A stretch of 64,000 nt of DNA from Candidatus Brocadiaceae bacterium (GTDB lineage Bacteria; Planctomycetota; Brocadiia; SM23-32). This document shows positions 1-9,661 of the stretch, piece by piece. Under the pieces are notes generated by a model, which saw only the letters and a list, made by a program, of their open reading frames with translations, searched no databases and was not told the DNA's origin. The position numbers and the translations under genes are program-made. The stretch lies in the NCBI GenBank assembly GCA_012728835.1, contig JAAYEJ010000045.1, positions 36,475 to 100,474 of the forward strand. Direction: 5' to 3'. Numbering within the stretch: position 1 is the stretch's first letter; each line of letters starts with the position of its first letter.

Positions 1-1529
1 AGGCCGTGGCGGCGTACGCCCACAGGGGGCGCCCGCTGGGCGTCGCCGATCCGGAGGTCGACGAGTTCGTGGCGGCGGCCCTGTTCGCCACGCTCACCAA
101 CGTGAACTTCGACCCCGAGCCGCTGGCCGCCATGATCCGGCGCGCCGGTGTGCTGCGCGACCGCACGCGGGAACGATACCGGGCGGCCTGCGACCGGGCC
201 GGCCGGCCGGCCGAAGAGCCCCGGTGGGCGGCCGACTGGTCCCCGGCGAGCGACCTTGCCGGCCTGGTCCGCCAGGGACGCAACGTCGGCATCCGGGCCA
301 GGATCGACAGGCTGGGCGAGACGGCGGCCGGCCTGCAGGAGCTGATCACCTACGGCCTGAAGGGCGTGGCCGCCTACCTGGACCACGCGCGCATCCTGGG
401 CAAGACGGACGAAGCGGCCGACGCCCGGCTGGACGGACTGCTGGACTACCTGGGCGGCTGCCCCACCGACGTGAACGACCTGACGGCGAAGGCCCTCGAG
501 ACCGGCGAGCTGAACCTGCAGGCGATGGAGCTGCTCGACGCCGCCAACACCGGCGCCTACGGGCACCCCGAGCCGACGTCCGTGCGCGTGACGCCCGTCA
601 GGGGCAAGGCCATCGTGGTCTCCGGGCACGACCTGCGCGACCTGGAGGCACTGCTCAGGCAGACCGAGGGCAAGGGCATCAACGTCTACACGCACGGTGA
701 GATGCTGCCGGCCCACGGCTACCCCGGCCTGAAGAAGTACCGGCATCTGGTCGGCAACTACGGCGGGGCCTGGCAGGACCAGCGCAAGGAGTTCGACGCC
801 TTCCCCGGCGCCATCCTGATGACCACGAACTGCATACAGAAGCCCACGGACGGCTACATGCACCGCATCTTCACCTGCGGCGTGGTCGGCTGGCCGGGGG
901 TGACGCACGTCGCGGACCGGGACTTCACCCCGGTCATCGAGGCCGCCCTGGCGGAGGACGGGTTCGCCGAGGACGCGCCCGAGAAGTCCATCCTGGTCGG
1001 CTTCGCACGCCAGGCCGTGCTGAGCGTGGCCGACAAGGTCGTCGAGGCCGTCAGGAGCGGCGCCGTGCGCCGCTTCTTCCTGATCGGCGGCTGCGACGGC
1101 GCCCGGCCCGGACGCAACTACTACACCGAGCTGGCCCAGGCCGTGCCGGACGACTGCGTGATCCTGACGCTCGCGTGCGGCAAGTACCGGTTCAACAAGC
1201 TCGAGTTCGGCGACATCGGCGGCATCCCGCGCCTTCTGGACGTGGGGCAGTGCAACGACGCCTACTCGGCCATCCGGATCGCGGTAGCGCTGGCGAACGC
1301 CTTCGAGACGGACGTCAACAGCCTGCCGCTCTCGCTCGTCCTGTCGTGGTATGAGCAGAAGGCCGTGGCGATCCTGCTGACGCTCCTGCACCTGGGCCTG
1401 CGCGGCATGCGGCTGGGCCCCAGCCTGCCGGCCTTCGTCAGCCCGGCGGTGCTGGGGGTGCTGCAGGAGAAGTTCGACCTGAAGCCGATCACCACACCGC
1501 AGGAGGACCTGGCGGCCATGCTGGCGTAG
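1..1529 (+). CDS. hcp: hybrid cluster protein / hydroxylamine reductase (Hcp), C-terminal 507 aa; 5' end lies outside the window
   Basis: ORF 6..1529. Conserved Hcp C-terminal motifs are present: NCIQKPTDGY, FLIGGCDGA, CGKYRFNKLEFGDIGGIPRLLDVGQCNDAYSAI. High-GC codon usage (GC3). Confidence 0.85.
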   Translation, partial: AVAAYAHRGRPLGVADPEVDEFVAAALFATLTNVNFDPEPLAAMIRRAGVLRDRTRERYRAACDRAGRPAEEPRWAADWSPASDLAGLVRQGRNVGIRARIDRLGETAAGLQELITYGLKGVAAYLDHARILGKTDEAADARLDGLLDYLGGCPTDVNDLTAKALETGELNLQAMELLDAANTGAYGHPEPTSVRVTPVRGKAIVVSGHDLRDLEALLRQTEGKGINVYTHGEMLPAHGYPGLKKYRHLVGNYGGAWQDQRKEFDAFPGAILMTTNCIQKPTDGYMHRIFTCGVVGWPGVTHVADRDFTPVIEAALAEDGFAEDAPEKSILVGFARQAVLSVADKVVEAVRSGAVRRFFLIGGCDGARPGRNYYTELAQAVPDDCVILTLACGKYRFNKLEFGDIGGIPRLLDVGQCNDAYSAIRIAVALANAFETDVNSLPLSLVLSWYEQKAVAILLTLLHLGLRGMRLGPSLPAFVSPAVLGVLQEKFDLKPITTPQEDLAAMLA

Positions 1530-1543
1530 CCGCCGGAAGTCAT

Positions 1544-2914
1544 TCAGAACGGTTCTTCGACGGCGCCCTGGGCAGGACGGCAGACGAACAGGGCGCCGTC
1601 GGGGGCCGGCGGCCGCCGGGCGTAGAAGTCCCGGCGGAGTGCGCGCAGGATGTCGTCCGCTGCGCCCACGGGCGCCAGCGCGACGGCGAAGCCGCCCAGC
1701 CCGGCGCCGGTCAGGCGTGCCCCGAGCGCCCCGGCGTTGCGCATGATCCCCACGAGCTGGTCCAGCTCGGGACAGCTCACCTCCATGTCGGCGGCGCAAC
1801 TGGCGTGCGACTGGTCCATCAGCCGGCCCAGGGCCGGCATGTCGCCCGTCTCCAGGCAGCGCTCGGCCCGCCGCGTGCGCGCCGCCTCGCTGAAGACGTG
1901 CCGGCAGCGGCTCAGCACCTTCAGGCCGTCGGCCGGCACCGACAGGATGCGTCCGTCGCTCATGCGCAGGAACGTCTGCGCGAACCGCGCGGGGTCCATC
2001 CCCAGGGCGTCGGCCGCGTCGGCCGGCGCGAGCCCTTCGCGCCCGTCCACCAGGGCGTGCAGTCGCCGGGGCAGTTCCTCCTCGGCGTCGGCGACCAGCG
2101 GGGCCAGGTCGCTGAGCCGCCGGGCGGGCGCCGCGCCCGACGCGCGGACGCCCAGGGCGCGGGCGAGCAGGTGTGCGCCCACGCGGCACTCGATCACGCG
2201 GCGGTTGTAGGCCAGGCGCTGTTCGGCGGTCTTGCGCGCCTGCACCGTGCTGTGCGCCGCGATGATGCAGTGGCCCGGCGGGAACGGCAGGTGGGCGGCC
2301 CGCAGCGGATGGAACTCGACCTTCAGCACGTACCCCCGGCGGGCCAGCAGGCAGGCCGCCTGGTCCATGCCGCCGCCCTGGGTGCCGACGTAGTGCTCGG
2401 CCTCGGCCATGCGTTCGGCCATGGCGTGAGGCTCGAGGGGCAGGCGGTTGACTGCGGCGAAGGCCAGTCCTACGGCGACAACCAGCGCCGTGGAGGACGA
2501 CAGGCCCGAGGCGGGCGGCAGGTCGCTGTGGACCAGGCAGTCCATGCCGTGGAGTGTGCCGGCGGGGCGGCCCTGCTCGATTGCCAGACGGGTCAGCGAC
2601 TCGACGGCGGCCTTGGCGTAGTTCCCCCAGTCGCCGATCTCAGAAGGCGGGATGGTCTCGGCGACGTCGAAGGATCGGTCGCCGAAGGCCGCCTCGGCGG
2701 CGTTGTGCAGCCGGACCGCCGTGTCGCCGCGGGGGGCCGCGGCCAGCCGGACGGCCTGGGGGACCGCCAGGGGCAGGACGGGGTACCCGTTGTAGTCGAC
2801 GTGTTCGCCGATCAGGTTCACGCGCCCGGGCGCGCATACACGCCATGCGGGCGCCCGGCCGAACTCGCGCTCGAACCCCCGCCGCACGTCCGTCCATCGG
2901 TCTGCTCCGTCCAT
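1544..2914 (-). CDS. galK: galactokinase (GHMP kinase family)
   Basis: Galactokinase signature GRVNLIGEHVDYNGY, GHMP motif GLSSSTALVVAVGLA and C-terminal GAGLGGFAVAL. The likely start is MDGADRW (ATG about 2914) preceded by CAGGAG. The Arg-rich ORF extension up to 3076 is probably not translated. Confidence 0.85.
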   Translation of the reverse strand: MDGADRWTDVRRGFEREFGRAPAWRVCAPGRVNLIGEHVDYNGYPVLPLAVPQAVRLAAAPRGDTAVRLHNAAEAAFGDRSFDVAETIPPSEIGDWGNYAKAAVESLTRLAIEQGRPAGTLHGMDCLVHSDLPPASGLSSSTALVVAVGLAFAAVNRLPLEPHAMAERMAEAEHYVGTQGGGMDQAACLLARRGYVLKVEFHPLRAAHLPFPPGHCIIAAHSTVQARKTAEQRLAYNRRVIECRVGAHLLARALGVRASGAAPARRLSDLAPLVADAEEELPRRLHALVDGREGLAPADAADALGMDPARFAQTFLRMSDGRILSVPADGLKVLSRCRHVFSEAARTRRAERCLETGDMPALGRLMDQSHASCAADMEVSCPELDQLVGIMRNAGALGARLTGAGLGGFAVALAPVGAADDILRALRRDFYARRPPAPDGALFVCRPAQGAVEEPF

Positions 2915-3106
2915 CGGCTGCTCCTGGGGAACGGGATGCGGCAATTGTAGGGCGTTGCCCGTGCGGTTGCCACCGCCGGCGGAGCGGCGTGACCGAGGAT
3001 TCCGCCCTCCCGCAAGCCCTTGCGTGCACGGAGGTTGCGCCGGATGCCTGGCGGGCTGCTCCCGGGCGGGGTACACTCATCTCACACCAGAACATGGGAG
3101 GACGGC

Positions 3107-3475
3107 ATGGAACGCCCTGCCAACGGAGAGTCCCACTACGCCACGCTGGCCGTCAGCCCGGACGCCACGGGCCAGGAGATCAAGCGGGCCTACCGCCGCA
3201 AGGTGCGGGAGCTGCACCCGGACGTGAAGACGCGCCCGTGCAATGTGGAGCAGTTCCAGGCCGTGCGGCGCGCCTACGAGGTCCTCGCCGACCCCGACGA
3301 GCGGGCCTTCTACGACCTGCTGATGGGGTTCGGCCCGCGGACCGCGCGCCCGCGCGTCTACCGCCGGAGCTTCGAGCACCTGTTCGACAGCCTCTTCAGC
3401 GGTCTGCACACGGCCGTCAACAACACCGCCGAGCAGTGGATGCAGATGGATCCGCCGCGCCGGGAGGCCGGCTGA
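3107..3475 (+). CDS. small J-domain (DnaJ-like) protein
   Basis: J-domain with HPD motif (HYATLAVSPDATGQEIKRAYRRKVRELHPD). There is no Zn-finger or C-terminal DnaJ domains. The start is taken at the internal MERPANG. Confidence 0.7.
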   Translation: MERPANGESHYATLAVSPDATGQEIKRAYRRKVRELHPDVKTRPCNVEQFQAVRRAYEVLADPDERAFYDLLMGFGPRTARPRVYRRSFEHLFDSLFSGLHTAVNNTAEQWMQMDPPRREAG

Positions 3476-3487
3476 GACGTCGGGGCC

Positions 3488-5488
3488 TTACGGCCCGCCG
3501 ACGTTCTGGATCATGTAGACGCGGAGCGCCTCGGCCGGGAACGTGCCGTCACCCGCCGATACGCGACGGCTCGCGAGGACGTCGAAGACGTCCGCGTCCT
3601 CGGCCACGGGGCAGGAGAACGGCTCGAAACACCAGAGCACCCGCACGTCCGGGTCGACGCCCGTCCAGATGACTCCCCGGTCCTCCGGCAGCATGCGGGA
3701 CCGTTCCATGTGCTCGCGCAGCGCCTGACACGCCTGGTTGATGGGCGCCACGCCGGTATGCCACCAGTCGGCGCGGCGGCTGCCCCGGCGGCTGCGCGGC
3801 TCGCAGGGCAGCGCGTAGCCCAGCCGATGCGCACAGGCGCGGAAGTAGACCTCCACGGGGTCGACACTGCGCCCGGAGGCCGCATCGGGCGGGTACTCCA
3901 GGATGCTGTCGCGGAACATGTACTCCCGCCCCTTCAGCGTTTCGTACGGGACACTCCGCAGGCAGCCGGGCACGGCCCCGGGCGCCGTCTGCAGGCAGCC
4001 GAAGCCCATGCGGGCAATGTCCGCGATCAGCGCCGTGCGGGCTCCAAACAGGCTGCGCACCCGCCCCTGCGCGCCGGCGCCCGAAGCGGCCTGGCCCACC
4101 CGGCGGTCGAACTGACCGGCATACCCGGCAAGGGCACCGTCGCCGAACAGGGCGTCGATGCCCAGTCCTGCTCGCACCCGTCGCAGGTGCTCACGCAGAA
4201 GGCCGCCGTCCTGGCCGCGCAGCGCAAGGGAGACCAGTTCCCGACCATCTGCGCCCGGGCTGAGCGGGCGCGGCGGCTGCGGTGCGTCCGTGTCCGTCTC
4301 CATGCAGGCCGCCACCAGCCAGGGCTCGCTGCAGTCCAGCAGGGACGCGGCCACCTGCGCACCCCTCTGGTGCGCATGGTCGACGATGCGGCGGATCTGC
4401 CGGCAGGCCTCCCGGCCGGCACGTTCGTCGGGCCGGGCCGGAGCGAAGTGGCGGCACAGCCCGACCACGTAGATGCGTGTGCAGCCGGCCCGGGCCAGCC
4501 GGTCGATGCCGCTCTGCAGCGTCTGCAGGGTGAACCCGTCGGCGGGGTTGAGGCTTCCGCCGGGCATGAGGGGCTCCGGCGCCACGCCGAGCCGGACCGC
4601 CGCCTGCCGCTGGAGATCCTCACGGACGGCGCAGTACTGATCCGAACGCTCGGCGGGCGACGTCGTCGGGAGGTCGGCCGCCAGCACCTGCTGGGCGGGG
4701 AACTCCAGGGCGCCCCCCAGGTCGCCGCAGAGCTGGTGCCAGTGCACGATGTGGTTCCGGCCGGCGTCCTTCTGGAAGAGCGAGAGGCAGTGGAACGGGG
4801 ACTCGAAGCAGGTCACGAGCAGGCTCTGGTCATCGAACTGGAACGTGAATCCCTGCAGCACGGAGAAGTACGGGAGGAACTGCCGGACGCGTCCGCCGCC
4901 GTGCCAGGCGGTCGTGTACCGATCGGACAGGGCGGTGAAGTGCCTCTGCGGTTCGTCGCCGGGGCCGGCCATCCAGAAGGACGTGCCCGTGGCGCGGGCG
5001 CCCAGCTCCCACGATGCGCGGTCGTGGATGCGGCAGGCATGGTGCTTGCGCGAGGTGTACTTGTAGGAGTAGGAGAAGCCGCAGAACGCGATCCCGCCGA
5101 TGGTCCGCTGCACCGCTCTGAGGACGACCCGCAGGGCACCTCCCCGGTCGCGCGACGCCTCCTGGTCCCAGGGGCCGACGTTCCAGACCTCCTCCCCGTC
5201 CGCGCCGGTCCACTCCGTGCGCCCGTGCCGGTGCACGAAGGGGATCAGGTCCAGCGTCAGCGACTCGTCGCGGCCCGGCCGGATCTCGCGCAGTTGCAGG
5301 CGGCTGACCTCGAACCCGTCGGCCGTGCGGATCAGCGGCAGCACGGGGAGTTCGGCCGACCGCAGCTTGCGGCGGCGCCACCTCACCTGGCCCAGGCCCG
5401 CGTAGTCCCCGTCCTTCTTCAGAATGTCCACCGTGATGCCGTTGCGGAATCGGACGCGGCAGCCCTTTTCGAACTCGAGGAGTTCCAT
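3488..5488 (-). CDS. hypothetical protein (about 665 aa), no family recognised
   Basis: Long ORF with protein-like composition. The + strand ORF 3710..5506 is Ala/Arg/Gly-rich shadow. Start chosen at MELLEFEKG with AAGG 8 nt upstream; the alternative is 5554. Confidence 0.55.
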   Translation of the reverse strand: MELLEFEKGCRVRFRNGITVDILKKDGDYAGLGQVRWRRRKLRSAELPVLPLIRTADGFEVSRLQLREIRPGRDESLTLDLIPFVHRHGRTEWTGADGEEVWNVGPWDQEASRDRGGALRVVLRAVQRTIGGIAFCGFSYSYKYTSRKHHACRIHDRASWELGARATGTSFWMAGPGDEPQRHFTALSDRYTTAWHGGGRVRQFLPYFSVLQGFTFQFDDQSLLVTCFESPFHCLSLFQKDAGRNHIVHWHQLCGDLGGALEFPAQQVLAADLPTTSPAERSDQYCAVREDLQRQAAVRLGVAPEPLMPGGSLNPADGFTLQTLQSGIDRLARAGCTRIYVVGLCRHFAPARPDERAGREACRQIRRIVDHAHQRGAQVAASLLDCSEPWLVAACMETDTDAPQPPRPLSPGADGRELVSLALRGQDGGLLREHLRRVRAGLGIDALFGDGALAGYAGQFDRRVGQAASGAGAQGRVRSLFGARTALIADIARMGFGCLQTAPGAVPGCLRSVPYETLKGREYMFRDSILEYPPDAASGRSVDPVEVYFRACAHRLGYALPCEPRSRRGSRRADWWHTGVAPINQACQALREHMERSRMLPEDRGVIWTGVDPDVRVLWCFEPFSCPVAEDADVFDVLASRRVSAGDGTFPAEALRVYMIQNVGGP

Positions 5489-5642
5489 GTCGAGCCTTGG
5501 CGCTGAAGCGAAGTGGGGCCGATCCCTTATAGGGCGCACGGTGGGGCTTTGCAAGCGACTGCGCGGCGGGCCCTCAATGGGCAGCGCCGGGCGCCTGGCA
5601 CGGACGCCTCAGCGGGGCCGTGGCGGGCGGCTGCCGGGAATC

Positions 5643-7034
5643 TCAGCGCAGGGCGCGCGCGCGCTGAAACGCCGCCTGCGCCTCGCTGCCGCCCAGTCCG
5701 CTCTGGAGTGCGCGCACGTAGCTGTCGTACGCGGCCCGGCGGCGGCCGGCCTGCTCGTAGCAGACGGCCATCATGTACTGCAATAGGGCGACGTTCGGAT
5801 TTGCCGACGCCACCTTCTCCAGGGCCGGCAGGGCCTCGGCGTAGCGGCCCAGATGATAGCGGGCCGCCCCGAGGCCGAACCAGGCGACCGCGCCGGACGG
5901 GAAGCCGCGCGCGGCGACGGCGAACTGCCGTTCGGCCTCCGCGTACCGTTCCATGGCGAAGTGCACCAGCCCGAGGCCGGTGTTCGCCGGCACGTACCGG
6001 GGGTCGACGCGCCGGGCGCCTTCGTAGGCCTTCCGGGCGGCCTCGGCGCGTCCGAGCTTGAGCAGGGCGTCGCCTCTGAGCACGTGGAACGGCGCCTGGT
6101 CCGTCCGCATGGCCAGGGCCTCTTCGGCTGCGGCCAGTGCTTCGGCCGCCCGTCCTTCCTTCAGCAGCTTGCGGCCCCGGTCGTGCGGCTCGAAGGCCTC
6201 ATTGACCTGCTGGAGCCGCCGCAGCCTCCGGCGCCAGCGGGCGGCGTAGATGCCGTCGCCCTGCACGTAACGCCCGTCGAGCTTCTTCTCCTCGATCACC
6301 CCCTGGGTTTCCCGCAGGCGGTCCGGCGCCTCCGGGTGGGTGGCCAGGTAGCGGTCCAGGACGGACTTGCGGTCGCTGCCCAGCGAGGCCAGGAGCCGCT
6401 GCATGGACAGCGCCTCCCGGGGGTCCCAGCCGGCCAGCGCCATGTAGTAGGTGCCGACGCGGTCGGCCTGCCGCTCCTGCTCGCGGCTGTAGGAGAGCCC
6501 CAGGACGCCGACGCCGATCTGCCCGGCGCCGACGGCCAGGCGGCCGGCGAGCGAATCCCCCGCCGCCACGTCGGCCACGCCCACCACCACCTGGGTCAGC
6601 ATCCCCTGGGTCAGTCTCTGGGCCGAGTGGCCGGCGGCCACGTGGGCCAGTTCGTGCCCCATCACGGCGGCGAACTGCGCCTCGTTCTCGAGCTTCGCCA
6701 GGAACCCGCGCGTCGCGTAGACATGCCCGGGCAGGGCGAACGCGTTCACGGCCGACGTGTTCAGAATCGTGAAGTCCACCGGCATATCCGCGCGGTGGGA
6801 GGTGGCGTGCAGCCGCAGAACGATCGTGCCCAGGTAGACGTTCAGGTCCGGATCGTGATACTCGCCGTCGTACATGAACATCACGTCCGGATGCGCCCGG
6901 TGGCCGAGGGCCAGCTCGTTGTCCGGCGAGACAAACATCAGCTCGCCGCGGCCCGTCACGGGGTTCGTGCGGCAGCCGGCCGCCCCCGCCAGCAGCATCA
7001 GCGCGGTCAGGCACAATGCGCAGCGTCGGTTCAT
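5643..7034 (-). CDS. M48-family Zn metallopeptidase with C-terminal TPR repeats (BepA/YfgC-like), lipoprotein signal
   Basis: HEXXH motif (MGHELAHVAAGH), TPR-like C-terminal half and signal/lipobox MNRRCALCLTALMLLAGAAGC. The start codon overlaps the stop of the upstream small ORF (ATGA). Confidence 0.8.
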   Translation of the reverse strand: MNRRCALCLTALMLLAGAAGCRTNPVTGRGELMFVSPDNELALGHRAHPDVMFMYDGEYHDPDLNVYLGTIVLRLHATSHRADMPVDFTILNTSAVNAFALPGHVYATRGFLAKLENEAQFAAVMGHELAHVAAGHSAQRLTQGMLTQVVVGVADVAAGDSLAGRLAVGAGQIGVGVLGLSYSREQERQADRVGTYYMALAGWDPREALSMQRLLASLGSDRKSVLDRYLATHPEAPDRLRETQGVIEEKKLDGRYVQGDGIYAARWRRRLRRLQQVNEAFEPHDRGRKLLKEGRAAEALAAAEEALAMRTDQAPFHVLRGDALLKLGRAEAARKAYEGARRVDPRYVPANTGLGLVHFAMERYAEAERQFAVAARGFPSGAVAWFGLGAARYHLGRYAEALPALEKVASANPNVALLQYMMAVCYEQAGRRRAAYDSYVRALQSGLGGSEAQAAFQRARALR

Positions 7035-7216
7035 CGCCCCACCTCGATGACGTAGTCGGGCTTGCCGGAGTCCGGATCGACGTAGGTGAGGTGCCGTTCC
7101 AGGGTCTCCAGTCGGGGGGAGCGGATCGGCTCGCGCTCGACGATGCGGCGGCTGATGTGGCAGCCCGATCCGCCCAGGGCGGCCAATACGACTGCGGCGA
7201 GCCAGACACCACGCAT
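7031..7216 (-). CDS. small putative lipoprotein (about 61 aa), translationally coupled to the M48 peptidase
   Basis: MRGVWLAAVVLAALGGSGC lipobox. AGGAA RBS. ATGA stop/start overlap with the downstream peptidase. Confidence 0.5.
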   Translation of the reverse strand: MRGVWLAAVVLAALGGSGCHISRRIVEREPIRSPRLETLERHLTYVDPDSGKPDYVIEVGR

Positions 7217-7464
7217 CGTTTGTTCCTTTCCGAATTGTCCCCGGTTTCGAGGATACTCCATTGTCTCCCGGAGGACAAGCCGTGCGGGGGCGCAGGGCAA
7301 GGACGCTCGGCGCTACCCGCAGTGGCCGGCGCGGCCGTCTCCGCGGGGGTCCGCCTCTTTGACAGGGCGGCGGCGGGCGCGTATGATGCCGGGCGCAGGA
7401 CGTGGCCGCGCCGCATGGAGCCCCGCGTCTTAACTTCCCACACACTCAAGGCTTATGGTGTGCA

Positions 7465-9657
7465 ATGCCCCCGTCTTCCGCCCGCATCACCGCCGGACTG
7501 ACCGAGTCGCAGAAGGAGGCCGTCTGCTTCGGCGAGGGGCCGCTGCTGGTCGTGGCCGGCGCCGGAAGCGGCAAGACGCGCGTGATCACACACCGCATCG
7601 CCCATCTGCTCGGCGGGGGCGTGGCCCCCGAGAACGTCGTGGCCGTCACCTTCACGAACAAGGCCGCCGACGAGATGCGCCGCCGCGTGGAGGCCCTGGT
7701 CGGGCGCAGCGTGCAGGTGAGCACGTTCCACAGCTTCTGCGCGCTGCTGTTGCGGCGTCATGCAACGCGCCTGGGCCGCGCGGAGGGGTTCACGATCTAT
7801 GACCGCGCCGACTCGATGCGCGTGGTGCGGCGTGTGATCAAGGACCTGGAGCTGGACCCGGCCACGTTCAGCCCCACGGCCGTGCTGAACTACATCTCGC
7901 TGCACAAGGACCGCGTCGAAGGCCCCGAACAGTGCGCGCAGAGCGCCCTCGGCTACCAGGACGAGGGCTTCGTGCGCGCCTACCGCGCCTACGAGGCCCG
8001 GCTGGTCGAGAGCAACGCGATGGACTTCGACGACCTGCTGCTGAAGGTCCTGGACCTGTTCCGCACCTGCCCGGACGTCCTGGCCCGCTACCAGGACCGC
8101 TACGTGCACGTGCTCGTGGACGAGTACCAGGACACGAACCTGCCGCAGCACCTGATCGCGCGTGCGCTCCAGGGCAAGCACCACAACATCACCGCCGTCG
8201 GCGACCCCGATCAGATGATCTACACCTGGCGCGGCGCGCGCCTGGAGAACCTGATGGAGTTCGAGGAGGACTTCCCCGGCGCGCAGGTGGTCACACTGGA
8301 GCGGAACTACCGCTCCTCGGGCTGCATCCTGAAGGCATCCTCCGCCTGCATCGAGTTCAACATCTACCGCCGCCCGAAGCAGCTCTGGACCGAACGTGAG
8401 GACGGCGCCCGCGTCCTCCTGGGGGAGTTCGCCGATTCCTACGCCGAGGGCCGGTGGGTGGCCCGGCAGGTCAGCGACCTGATCGAGGGCGGCACTGCCC
8501 CGGGCGACATCGCCGTCTTCTACCGGACCAAGCAGCAGTCGCTGCCGGTCGAGGATGCGTTCGCCGGCCTGTCGCTCCCCCACCAGGTGGTGGACAGCGT
8601 GGGCTTTTTCGACCGCCGGCCGGTCAAGGACATCACCGCCTACCTGCGGCTGATCGTCAACCCCCGCGACGACGAGGCGTGCCTGCGCGTCATCAACACC
8701 CCCGCGCGCGGCATCGGCGCGCGCAGCGTCGAGCGGCTGATGGCGGCGGCGGCGCCCCGCGGCGTGAGCCTGATGGAGGCCGTGCGCGACGTGGGCGACT
8801 GCCCGGGCCTGAGCGCGCGAGCGCGCCAGGCCGTGGGGGGCTTCCGGGAACTGCACCGCGATCTGTCGGCGCTGGACGAGACGTCGATGGCCACGCTGAT
8901 CGGCCGGCTCGTGGCGCGCATCGAGTACCTGGAGCGCCAGTCGGCCGAGGAACGCGCCGATACCGAGGAGACCGTCGACCAGTTGATCGGCTATGCGAAG
9001 CAGTATGACGAACGCGCGCCGGAGGGCGGGCTGATGGGCTTCCTGGAGCAGGCCGCGCTCGTGAGCGACGTGGACGGCTGGAACGCCCAGGCCGGCGCCG
9101 TGCCCTTCATGACGCTGCATTCGGCCAAGGGCCTGGAGTTCGACGCGGTGTTCATCGTGGGCGTCGAGGAGGACGTGCTGCCGCACCGCCGGGCGCTGGA
9201 CGACGACCAGCACGGCACCGAGGAAGCGGCCGTGGAGGAGGAGCGGCGGCTGTTCTACGTGGGCATGACGCGCGCGCGCCACCGGCTGTTCCTCACCCAT
9301 GCGCGCACCCGCACGCTGCGCGGACGCACGGAGGCGGCCGAGCCCTCGCGCTTCCTGGGCGAACTGCCCGGCGACTGCGTGGAACTCGTCGAGGCGACGC
9401 CGCCCACGCCGGCCCCGGCCGCCGCCTTCGCCCGGGAGATGGACTACGTTCTGAAGGACAAGAAGATTGCGCTCCGCATCCTGGACGGCGACGGCACCCG
9501 CCTGGCGCGCGGCGCGCGCGTGAGCCATCCGCGCTTCGGGGAGGGCATGATCCTGTCCACCGAGTCCATGGGCGCCCGGCACGTGGTGCGCGTGAACTTC
9601 TTCAACCACGGCACGATGTCGCTCGTGCTCGGGCCGGACGAGGTTGGCGTCGGGTAG
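7465..9657 (+). CDS. ATP-dependent DNA helicase, UvrD/PcrA/Rep family
   Basis: Walker A GAGSGKTRVITHRIAHLL. Motifs VAVTFTNKAADEMRRR, LVDEYQDTN and YRS. C-terminal Tudor-like tail. Confidence 0.9.
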   Translation: MPPSSARITAGLTESQKEAVCFGEGPLLVVAGAGSGKTRVITHRIAHLLGGGVAPENVVAVTFTNKAADEMRRRVEALVGRSVQVSTFHSFCALLLRRHATRLGRAEGFTIYDRADSMRVVRRVIKDLELDPATFSPTAVLNYISLHKDRVEGPEQCAQSALGYQDEGFVRAYRAYEARLVESNAMDFDDLLLKVLDLFRTCPDVLARYQDRYVHVLVDEYQDTNLPQHLIARALQGKHHNITAVGDPDQMIYTWRGARLENLMEFEEDFPGAQVVTLERNYRSSGCILKASSACIEFNIYRRPKQLWTEREDGARVLLGEFADSYAEGRWVARQVSDLIEGGTAPGDIAVFYRTKQQSLPVEDAFAGLSLPHQVVDSVGFFDRRPVKDITAYLRLIVNPRDDEACLRVINTPARGIGARSVERLMAAAAPRGVSLMEAVRDVGDCPGLSARARQAVGGFRELHRDLSALDETSMATLIGRLVARIEYLERQSAEERADTEETVDQLIGYAKQYDERAPEGGLMGFLEQAALVSDVDGWNAQAGAVPFMTLHSAKGLEFDAVFIVGVEEDVLPHRRALDDDQHGTEEAAVEEERRLFYVGMTRARHRLFLTHARTRTLRGRTEAAEPSRFLGELPGDCVELVEATPPTPAPAAAFAREMDYVLKDKKIALRILDGDGTRLARGARVSHPRFGEGMILSTESMGARHVVRVNFFNHGTMSLVLGPDEVGVG

Positions 9658-9661
9658 GTCG

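Noticed and set aside
3710-5506. 598-aa + strand ORF overlapping the 3488..5554 gene
   Set aside because: Ala/Arg/Gly/Pro-dominated low-complexity translation, typical of an antisense shadow ORF in high-GC DNA. The minus-strand product has balanced composition.
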